Below, piece by piece: positions 1 through 7,254 of a stretch of 20,000 nt of DNA. How positions within the stretch are numbered: position 1 is the stretch's first letter; every line of letters starts with the position of its first letter. Under the pieces are notes generated by a model. It had not been told where the DNA came from and searched no databases. It worked only from the letters and a program-made list of their open reading frames with translations. Position numbers and translations under genes: made by a program. The stretch is from an uncultured virus (IMG/VR IMGVR_UViG_2568526301_000001) (taxonomy: Duplodnaviria > Heunggongvirae > Uroviricota > Caudoviricetes), in IMG/VR virus record IMGVR_UViG_2568526301_000001; one strand, written 5' to 3'.

Positions 1-342
1 CGTCTGGCTCCCGTTCTTCAGGGATTATTTGATCTTTACATCCGTGGTCGTGACAACAGAGCACGCACTACAAAACCGGAGAATGCGGACACCCTTTATT
101 TCACAGTAGACGACTGCTACCGCGTGGACTTCACACCACACGGGCTGGCGTTGCACTGCCTGACACCACACGGCGAATCACTGCTGGCGTATTACGACTC
201 CCCGGCCTCCGTATTCGCGGCAATGCTGGCGCATCGCACTGCTGGCGGGTGTGCCTCGCTGAGTGAATACACCGCTGAATTTAACCGCCTTTCCGCCATC
301 TTCTCGCAGGAGTGGCAGCGCGTGACGGGATACCAGCCATGA
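1..342 (+). CDS. Hypothetical early phage protein, 5'-truncated by the window edge
   Basis: Frame 1 is open from base 1 (RLAPVLQGLFDLYIRG...VDFTPHG...GYQP*). Its TGA overlaps the gene A ATG (ATGA, 339-342), indicating translational coupling. Confidence 0.7.
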   Translation, partial: RLAPVLQGLFDLYIRGRDNRARTTKPENADTLYFTVDDCYRVDFTPHGLALHCLTPHGESLLAYYDSPASVFAAMLAHRTAGGCASLSEYTAEFNRLSAIFSQEWQRVTGYQP

Positions 343-3104
343 GCGAGTTTGCATGGAGCTGGAATGAACCACGGCCAGCCATTGATCCGGCCAGATTTAC
401 GGAGCGCAGGCAGGAAACTGAAACCGACCTGCAACGCGCCATCCGTTACTACCTTGAGGCAGACAAAAGGGCACAGGAAGAACAGGAAGCGAAGGAAGAA
501 GCCTTTTTCGCACAATCCGCCATGGGTAAAAAACTCATGGCATCCCTTGAGGAAGCCGGACAGCGTGAAAAGCTGACACAGAGCATCATCAGTAAGCGCC
601 GGGCAACAGAACAAGACCCAGTAGCCCGTGCCTTTGCCACACTAAAGGCACTACCTGTTTATCTGCGTGAACCACTGAGCCGCCACCTCTCTTTCCTGCG
701 CAAAAAACAGGAAGCCGATCGCCAGAAAGGCAAAAAGAGCTGGCAGGCTGAACGCTACGTGCGCGGAACCCTGCGCAAAATATTCGAACGTCTGGAGCGC
801 ACCGACAGCCGCTGGCTGACACCGGGTTATCGCGCCCTTGCCGGACGCGAACGCCTGGACGATTTGCTTTACCTGCCGCAGCTTAACAAGCGCCAGATAC
901 AGACGCTGGCCACCATGACGGCGGCAATGTTCAGCAGCACCTTCGAAAAACTCTGCGACGGCTTTGGCGCGACCGATGGCGAGCTGACCATGGATGTAAC
1001 CCTGAAGGCGTATCAGATGCTGGCCCGCATGGCGTTACACCTGCACGCCATGCCTCCGCATTATGACGTACTGACAACAGACAAAGACCGGAGGAACGAA
1101 CCGGACACAGAGCTGCTGCCGGGTGCAATCCTTCGCCTGACCTGTGCGGACTGGTGGAAGCGCAAACTGTGGCTGTTACGTTGCGAGTGGCGGGAAGAAC
1201 AACTCCGCGCCGCCTGTCTGGTTTCCAGAAAAACATCACCCTATCTGAGCCAGGACGCGTTAAGCGAGTTTCGCGCACAGCGCGAGAAAACACGCGATTT
1301 CCTGAAAAGTTTCATGCTGGAAAACGAAGACGGGTTCACGATTGATCTCGAGACGGTGTATTACGCGGGAGTAAGTAACCCGGTTCACCGTAAGGCAGAA
1401 ATGATGGCCACCATGAAGGGACTGGAACTTCTGGCCGAAGCCCGTGGCGACAAAGCGGTGTTTCTGACTGTCACCTGCCCGTCAAAATACCACGCCACAA
1501 CAGAGAACGGTCATCCGAATCCCAAATGGAACGGGGCCACCATGCGCGACTCCAGCGATTACCTGGTTAACACGTTTTTTGCGGCTGTCCGCAAAAAACT
1601 GAACCGCGACGGTCTGCGCTGGTATGGCATCCGCACGGTGGAGCCTCACCATGACGGCACCGTGCACTGGCATATGATGGTCTTTGCTCATCCGGAAGAA
1701 ATCGACACCATTGTGTCCCACACCCGCGATATTGCCATTCAGGAAGACCGCCACGAGCTGGGCGATGACATAACTCCGCGCTTTAAGGCGGAGTACGTCG
1801 ACGGCTCAAAAGGCACACCAACCAGCTACATCGCCACCTACATCGGAAAGAACCTGGACAGCCACGCCGTGGATGGCATCGACCCGAAAACGGGCAAGCC
1901 ACGCGTTGACCACGAAACCGGAAAATCAATGGCCGAGAGCGTGGAGCGCGCCATCGGCTGGGCGCGCCTTCACCGGGTCCGCCAGTTCCAGTTCTTTGGC
2001 ATCCCCTCCCGTCAGGTGTGGCGTGAACTGCGCCGCCTTGCCAGCCAGATGGCACGCAACCCGGAAGGCCCGCAACGACTGAAGGACGACGCAATGGATG
2101 CGGTACTCGCTGCCGCTGATGCCGGGTGTTTTGCCTCCTACATTGAAAAACAGGGTGGCGTACTTGTTCCACGTAAAGACTACCTGATTCGCACCGCCTA
2201 CGACCTCGCCGATGAGCTGAACGATTACGGCGAACAGAGCGTACAGATTTACGGGATCTGGTCACCACTCATCGGGGAATCCTCCCGTGTGTGCACGCAT
2301 CCGGATAACTGGAAGCTGGTAAGACGTAAACCGGAAGCGGAAGACAGCGCCCGCGAAAATGGTTTTGACCTTCAGGGCGGCCCTGCCGCCCCTTGGACTC
2401 GTGGCAATAACTGTCCCCGTGTACAGGAAACGGACAACAACGGGACAGAACAGCCGGAGGAACGGCCAGCACCGTGGCCGCAGCTTCCTGAAGGCGTTGA
2501 CGTGAATGAATGGATGCGCTCACTGAAACGGCACGAACGCCGGGCACTGATGCGTTCGCTGCGTGACAAACAGGCAAAAAACAGCAGTGATGAAATGCAG
2601 AACTGGACACAGAGCCGCAAACAGCCACAGCCTTTGCCTGATAACCACGAGTTACTCGCTAAAGAATGGCGGGAGTCTGCTGAATCTCTCGGCCTGCATA
2701 TCGGTGAACAGCAGATGCAGCACCTGTTACGGGGCGGCAGTCTGTACGTTGGCGGCAGCATCATTACACCGCAGGGATTTGAAATTGTACGCAAACCGGA
2801 TACCCGCCCGGACAGCCGAATCACGCAGCTCTGGCAACGCCTGAGTCGTAATCACGGCGTAAGCAGCACGGAGATCCGCCATAACCCGGTCGCCAGCTAT
2901 CTGGAACAACTAGAGGCATCAGACCCTGAAGCCGCCGCACGCCTGGCATCCACACTTCAGCAAGACCAGAACACCATGAAAACACCAGTTACCGTACTTT
3001 CTGACATGCTGCGCGCCATCCGCGACGCAGAGCACGCACAGAGAATCAATGAAACCACTAAACATGCTCGCAAAAAAATCAGTTTATTGCATCGAACACG
3101 ATAG
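339..3104 (+). CDS. A: P2-like replication initiation protein A (HUH rolling-circle endonuclease), about 921 aa
   Basis: Start MSEFAWSWNEP; motifs FLTVTCPSKYH, HUH motif EPHHDGTVHWHM, two-tyrosine YIATYIGKN, RQFQFFG and VWRELRR; lies upstream of the cos/portal region as in P2. Confidence 0.95.
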   Translation: MSEFAWSWNEPRPAIDPARFTERRQETETDLQRAIRYYLEADKRAQEEQEAKEEAFFAQSAMGKKLMASLEEAGQREKLTQSIISKRRATEQDPVARAFATLKALPVYLREPLSRHLSFLRKKQEADRQKGKKSWQAERYVRGTLRKIFERLERTDSRWLTPGYRALAGRERLDDLLYLPQLNKRQIQTLATMTAAMFSSTFEKLCDGFGATDGELTMDVTLKAYQMLARMALHLHAMPPHYDVLTTDKDRRNEPDTELLPGAILRLTCADWWKRKLWLLRCEWREEQLRAACLVSRKTSPYLSQDALSEFRAQREKTRDFLKSFMLENEDGFTIDLETVYYAGVSNPVHRKAEMMATMKGLELLAEARGDKAVFLTVTCPSKYHATTENGHPNPKWNGATMRDSSDYLVNTFFAAVRKKLNRDGLRWYGIRTVEPHHDGTVHWHMMVFAHPEEIDTIVSHTRDIAIQEDRHELGDDITPRFKAEYVDGSKGTPTSYIATYIGKNLDSHAVDGIDPKTGKPRVDHETGKSMAESVERAIGWARLHRVRQFQFFGIPSRQVWRELRRLASQMARNPEGPQRLKDDAMDAVLAAADAGCFASYIEKQGGVLVPRKDYLIRTAYDLADELNDYGEQSVQIYGIWSPLIGESSRVCTHPDNWKLVRRKPEAEDSARENGFDLQGGPAAPWTRGNNCPRVQETDNNGTEQPEERPAPWPQLPEGVDVNEWMRSLKRHERRALMRSLRDKQAKNSSDEMQNWTQSRKQPQPLPDNHELLAKEWRESAESLGLHIGEQQMQHLLRGGSLYVGGSIITPQGFEIVRKPDTRPDSRITQLWQRLSRNHGVSSTEIRHNPVASYLEQLEASDPEAAARLASTLQQDQNTMKTPVTVLSDMLRAIRDAEHAQRINETTKHARKKISLLHRTR
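2388..2414 (+). other. Putative rolling-circle origin (ori) inside gene A
   Basis: GCCCCTTGGACTCGTGGCAATAACTGT resembles the P2/186 ori as recalled (GCGCCTCGGAGTCCTGTCAATAACTGT), including CAATAACTGT, and sits at the equivalent place in gene A. Confidence 0.7.
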
Positions 3105-3116
3105 AAATATAGAGCT

Positions 3117-3144
3117 AAGGCCGCCCTAGGAATAAGGAGGCCTT
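3117..3144. terminator. Imperfect hairpin between convergent gene A and the accessory operon; possible terminator
   Basis: AAGGCC(3117-3122)...GGCCTT(3139-3144) with extra inner pairing, in the 45-bp gap between two convergent stop codons; no clear U-tract. Confidence 0.3.
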
Positions 3145-3149
3145 GAAAA

Positions 3150-3959
3150 TCAACCTATCTTCTTATGAAGTAAAATTAATTTCTGTATTAATTTGGAATG
3201 AAACATAGATATATCAGAAATTCTTATTTCATTAGGCGAGTCTATATGATTGGAAACTTCTTCCTCCAAGGAGTCACAAATACTTTCTAGATTTTCAATA
3301 TCTGCATTTAATTCTGGAAAACTATTAAACAAATATAATGAATCCCGTAACTCTCCTAGTTTTGGTAAAAGAGTATTACTGAATACACTAAGAAACTCCT
3401 CTTCTGATAATGCCATGGAGTTTTTAAAACTTTGCACAACATCGAATGCCAACCCATTAATTTTAGGCATAATTACTTCTCTTACCCAATATCCTTCATT
3501 AATAGCTTCTTTACGTTCTTTTCTATGTTGAACATAAGGAATAACAAAGGATGAAACTAAGGCAAATAAAGAGATGCCAATAGAAATCCACTCTGGACCA
3601 TTTTCCGGAACCTTTACAATATTATATATATCATGGGAATTTGGAACATCTTTGAAATAATTAGCAAATAAATCTTTTTTGTTATCCCTTGCCAGAGATA
3701 ACTTATGAAAGGTGTCGTTTGCCTTTTCACAAAACATCAAGCCATCATTCGGGTTTCCGGATAACAAAAACGGTGATGATATACCACTAAGTCCTGAATC
3801 GGAAATATAAAAAGGCGTGTTTGGATAAAGTGACTCATTACATTCAATGTTTTCTTTATTGGAAAAATCTGTCACAGAGCAAGCTGCGGGGAATATAAAA
3901 AAAATGACAGACAGCGCTGTCATTTTGATTTGAAAAATATTTTTAAAAGAAGGGAACAT
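3150..3959 (-). CDS. Accessory membrane protein: N-terminal signal/hydrophobic segment, one TM helix and a helical C-terminal domain (gene 3 of the hotspot operon)
   Basis: 269-aa AT-rich ORF. Hydrophobic N-terminus (TALSVIFFIFPAAC); TM at about aa 124-143 (WISIGISLFALVSSFVIPYV) followed by basic HRKERK. Its start overlaps the end of the upstream gene. Confidence 0.8.
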   Translation of the reverse strand: MFPSFKNIFQIKMTALSVIFFIFPAACSVTDFSNKENIECNESLYPNTPFYISDSGLSGISSPFLLSGNPNDGLMFCEKANDTFHKLSLARDNKKDLFANYFKDVPNSHDIYNIVKVPENGPEWISIGISLFALVSSFVIPYVQHRKERKEAINEGYWVREVIMPKINGLAFDVVQSFKNSMALSEEEFLSVFSNTLLPKLGELRDSLYLFNSFPELNADIENLESICDSLEEEVSNHIDSPNEIRISDISMFHSKLIQKLILLHKKIG

Positions 3960-4287
3960 TTTTATGTAAGCCTCTCCTTACAGCTCTATCTAATTCAGAA
4001 AGCATACCTTCTTTATATTCACGACCATCAAGTACAGTGCGACTATAAAATTCGCTAGGCGAAGAAAATTTCGGCAAAACCGTTTCAAGCATACCTAGAA
4101 AGTATGAGCTTGATACAACAATTCCCTTGGGGATCAATAGATATAATCTATCATTACTGGTTGTGCAAAATTTCCCTATATTAAAGTAATCATAGGCCTG
4201 GCGCCCATTAGAACGTCCAGCAAAAAGTTTCTTGTTACTATCTTTTACTAACTTATTGAAATCTATGGTGATGTCAGCCATTTTCAT
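3943..4287 (-). CDS. Small STAS-like (DUF4325-like, anti-anti-sigma fold) protein (gene 2)
   Basis: 114 aa; LFAGRSNG, LYLLIP and VVSSSYFLGM match the pattern of stand-alone STAS-like proteins found next to HATPases. RBS-like GAGGACAGG precedes the ATG, 10 nt after the upstream stop. Confidence 0.7.
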   Translation of the reverse strand: MKMADITIDFNKLVKDSNKKLFAGRSNGRQAYDYFNIGKFCTTSNDRLYLLIPKGIVVSSSYFLGMLETVLPKFSSPSEFYSRTVLDGREYKEGMLSELDRAVRRGLHKNVPFF

Positions 4288-4297
4288 GTACCTGTCC

Positions 4298-5677
4298 TCA
4301 AGTTCGCTGGGTGGCGTTTTCTGGTAGAGGAAAACGAATATTGATCATAACTCCAGGAAATCGAGCATCCTTCATACGCTTAAGATAGTTGCGATCCGGT
4401 TCAGATTCAAGCCCTACATCATTAAAAGGGTAAGTAAAAATGTCACTTTCCTCGTCATTAACCAACCTTTGCTTTAATTTATATGATCCATCAAAGTTAA
4501 TATGAGTACTACCAGATATTAAAGTCATTTTTATCCCACCTTTAATATCTCTTCCCATTTTTTTAAGATTATCATGCATATCTTGAAATAACTTCAATAA
4601 TTCAATTGTTCCGGTGCCAGAACTGTCAGTTTCTTTCTCGTTTTTACAACTCACCCGCCCTTGCAAGGCCGCTACTGTTGTTAATCCTTCCTTAAACATA
4701 CCCTTTTTCTTAATATGCTTATTTATGTATGGATTAACTTGTTGACTTAATGAAAAATGATCCTCAGGTAAATTATCAAAAGTTTCGCTGATAGTTTTCC
4801 CAAAATTGAAAACAGCCAACTCACATATGGGGTTTCGTACGTTATTATTAACAAAACCTCTCAAATACCAGCGTGGGCGTTGCTCTAACCCACAATGCCG
4901 CTCCGCATTATCAAGGAGTTCCCCCATGCAGGAAGTTAAATGCTTTTCTGCCTCATGTACAAGTTTTAAATTATGATCATTTAAGCATTCGTTTATGTAT
5001 GCGGTAAATTTTTCAGCAGTGACATTTTTTCTGTCATGGGCAAAGGCAGAAGCATTCTCCTTTCCGATACTATCAGCAGAGAAGATTCGTTTCTTCGGAT
5101 TCGCTTTTTTCGATGCTTCAGTAGAGTCCAGAACTTTACCTGGTGCAGCATTACTAATCTCTTTTACAAGCCCGACATCCCTGATAATTTCAAGATACTG
5201 TTCATCTTTAGGGTAGATACCATTAATCTGAATCATCGTATCTTTGAAATTTATATTACTTTGCCTTGCTGCTGTAAGAGCAACACCTAATAGACACTCA
5301 AGACCAAGACAGTGTTTTTTGTTTTTCTTGTAATCAAAAATATATGATTTCCATTTACCTCTTGCAATTAATTTTGTGGCTGCACTAATAAATAGCAGAG
5401 ATTTCTCTGGATTGTCATATAAGTCAAAATATTTAGGTATTAATATCTTCTCTGCGTCACGACGAAGAATTGATGAGTCATACTCTTTTATAATCGATAT
5501 ATTTTCAATGAACGTAGCGACTTGGTTTTGGACAGGAGTTGTTTCATCGGAAAAACGAAGACTACCATTTTTCTCTTGCGCAGGCTTTTTTTTCTTAGCT
5601 CTCTCAACGCTACGAAGAAATCGCAACCATCCACGTAAAAAGGTTCTTTTAGAATCTTCTTTATTGATTTTTTTCAT
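4298..5677 (-). CDS. GHKL/histidine-kinase-like ATPase (HATPase) domain protein, about 459 aa (gene 1)
   Basis: Likely start MKKINKED at ATG 5677, with AGGA upstream; the ORF-track start at 5773 runs into the cos-flanking repeats. N-box GELLDNAERH, G1-like LAVFNFGKTI, G2 SSGTGT, G3-like FPGVMINIRFP. Confidence 0.8.
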   Translation of the reverse strand: MKKINKEDSKRTFLRGWLRFLRSVERAKKKKPAQEKNGSLRFSDETTPVQNQVATFIENISIIKEYDSSILRRDAEKILIPKYFDLYDNPEKSLLFISAATKLIARGKWKSYIFDYKKNKKHCLGLECLLGVALTAARQSNINFKDTMIQINGIYPKDEQYLEIIRDVGLVKEISNAAPGKVLDSTEASKKANPKKRIFSADSIGKENASAFAHDRKNVTAEKFTAYINECLNDHNLKLVHEAEKHLTSCMGELLDNAERHCGLEQRPRWYLRGFVNNNVRNPICELAVFNFGKTISETFDNLPEDHFSLSQQVNPYINKHIKKKGMFKEGLTTVAALQGRVSCKNEKETDSSGTGTIELLKLFQDMHDNLKKMGRDIKGGIKMTLISGSTHINFDGSYKLKQRLVNDEESDIFTYPFNDVGLESEPDRNYLKRMKDARFPGVMINIRFPLPENATQRT

Positions 5678-5720
5678 TTCCAAATGTTCCTGCAAAGTTA
5701 ACGTAGCCCACAAGGCGCTA

Positions 5721-5755
5721 AGTATACTTTCTGCTATATTTTTTTCACTATACAA
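5721..5755 (-). promoter_or_regulatory. Candidate sigma70 promoter of the accessory operon
   Basis: Minus-strand TATACT (5726-5721) about 45 nt upstream of ATG 5677; only weak -35 candidates (GTGAAA at 16-nt or TAGTGA at 18-nt spacing). Confidence 0.35.
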
Positions 5756-5756
5756 A

Positions 5757-5783
5757 TGCACAATAGTGCACAAATTTGCACAA
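5757..5783 (+). repeat. Three TGCACAA direct repeats at 10-bp period (fourth copy at 5849-5855)
   Basis: Read directly: 5757-5763, 5767-5773, 5777-5783. Confidence 0.9.
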
Positions 5784-5879
5784 TTTTTTTGAACGACTTT
5801 TTGCCCTTCCAGCCCGCGTGGCGGCTGGATCCGTCAAGGATCCGTGCGTGCACAAAAAAACGCGCTTTTTCTGCGCGCA

Positions 5880-5898
5880 GGTGACGGGGGAACAGCCC
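5880..5898 (+). other. Putative 19-nt cohesive end (cos)
   Basis: GGTGACGGGGGAACAGCCC matches the P2/P4 cohesive end GGCGAGGCGGGGAAAGCAC at 13/19 positions. It lies between the accessory locus and portal gene Q, is preceded by TGCACAAAAAAACGCGC, and has nearby inverted repeats (5808-5829, 5827-5843). Confidence 0.7.
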
Positions 5899-6156
5899 GC
5901 GTTTCAGGGGGTAAATAGCATTCCCTGAGCGATGTCGCAGCGACACAACAGAATGGCTGTATTTCTCACGCTGAGCGTGAAAAAGACGTAAGGGTTTTTG
6001 ATTTGATGGGTTGAAAGGTAAGGCCGTCAAAATCGCACTGAGGCGGCGAGAACATACAGTCAACGCGGTGGGATTGCGTAAGAGTCTGACCGTCGATGGT
6101 GGCGATAAACTGGAAGGCGTCGTGAAATTATCTGATTGATACAGGAGCTGGAGAGT

Positions 6157-6181
6157 CGGGGCATAAATTTTTTATGCCCCG
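6157..6181 (-). terminator. Perfect 11-bp hairpin downstream of the portal gene; probable terminator of the P-Q operon
   Basis: CGGGGCATAAA-TTT-TTTATGCCCCG, 26 nt past the Q stop; no strong U-tract on the minus strand. Confidence 0.5.
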
Positions 6182-6207
6182 GCGAAGCAGCAGACAAGCG
6201 AAGCGCG

Positions 6208-7254
6208 TCAGGCTGTGGGCTGGGTGTCTAACAGTGCGTAAGGGTTAAAGCGGATCACCTCTTCGCCCAGCCAGTCATTGATGTGCTTCATGGCCTCCAT
6301 GACGGGCATCAGCTCGTTAATTGCGTAAACCCGCGCGGCCTTCTCCACATCACCAAACGCACTTTTTTCACCCGGCATCGCCCCCATCAGTTGCGGCGGA
6401 ACGCGGTGCGCAGCCAGCACATCATCACGGGATGCCGCCTTAACATTCATGAACTCATCCTTTGCGGTGATCTGCTGGAACGGCAAAATTTGCACCCCCT
6501 CTTTGCCCCCGTTGGGCGCATGAATGAGCACGTTTTTAAACGCACCACCACCACGTGCCCCCTGTAGCGTTTCTTTCAGGGAGTCCATGCTTTCGCGGTT
6601 TACCTGCGCTGCACCGATGTAGATGATGCACCCGGCGTGGGATCCGTTGTCGTAATACAGTTTTCTGAACATGTCCGCCGAATGAGACAGGCTGGCCGAG
6701 AGTAATGCGCCGAGATATTCCGGCATGCCGTAGATTTCCTGGTTAATGTCAGGATTCATCAGGTGGCACACTTTGCCAGGGCGAAACTGAAACGCATCCT
6801 TGCCATCCTGCACATACCACCATGATTCAAGATCGCTTCCGCGTCGCATGTATTTCGCCAGTGCGTGCCGTAATTTAAGCGGTTCGCCGAGCATATTGCT
6901 TCGAAGCTCAAGGAATGCGTTACCGAACACAAACCAGTCCAGCGCCAGCGCCGAGAAATCCTGCCGGGAAAGCAGCGGGTGCGGGATGTAGCAGCCGAGT
7001 AATACATTGCGCTTAAAGTAAAGCGCAGACTGATGCCAGGACGTTTGCCGGGCAGCTCTTGCCAGACCGTACCAGTCTACCGGGGTTTCATACCACCGCC
7101 CGTTATCAGCACAGTACATATTGTCCAGCAAATCATGCCCGGTCAGGCGATAAGGACCATCAAATGTGAATGCACTGAGCGACGATTCTTTCCTGAGCGC
7201 ATCAGCGAGATCAATGCGTGAACTCATGCGCACTTTTTTATTTTTTCTGCTCAT
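6208..7254 (-). CDS. Q: Portal protein (P2 gpQ, PBSX family)
   Basis: 348 aa; AFTFDG, DINQEIYGMPEY, YYDNGSHAG and AHRVPPQLMG motifs; coupled to the terminase gene (TGATG). Confidence 0.95.
   Translation of the reverse strand: MSRKNKKVRMSSRIDLADALRKESSLSAFTFDGPYRLTGHDLLDNMYCADNGRWYETPVDWYGLARAARQTSWHQSALYFKRNVLLGCYIPHPLLSRQDFSALALDWFVFGNAFLELRSNMLGEPLKLRHALAKYMRRGSDLESWWYVQDGKDAFQFRPGKVCHLMNPDINQEIYGMPEYLGALLSASLSHSADMFRKLYYDNGSHAGCIIYIGAAQVNRESMDSLKETLQGARGGGAFKNVLIHAPNGGKEGVQILPFQQITAKDEFMNVKAASRDDVLAAHRVPPQLMGAMPGEKSAFGDVEKAARVYAINELMPVMEAMKHINDWLGEEVIRFNPYALLDTQPTA

Noticed and set aside
4298..5677. Classical two-component sensor kinase
   Set aside because: No H-box/DHp, no TM helix in this protein and no response regulator in the operon.
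5678..5773. N-terminal extension of the HATPase ORF in the ORF track
   Set aside because: The alternative start lies inside the repeats/promoter region; ATG 5677 with AGGA upstream is more plausible.
5757..5855. CRISPR-like or iteron array
   Set aside because: Repeats are 7 bp with 3-bp spacers and there are no cas or plasmid rep genes; the cos context explains them better.
5734..6063. 109-aa minus-strand ORF upstream of the HATPase gene, a possible fourth cassette gene
   Set aside because: Runs across cos and the TGCACAA repeats, has no clear RBS or motif, and its composition reflects those repeats.
5900..6145. IHF site near cos
   Set aside because: No exact WATCAANNNNTTR match found by eye.
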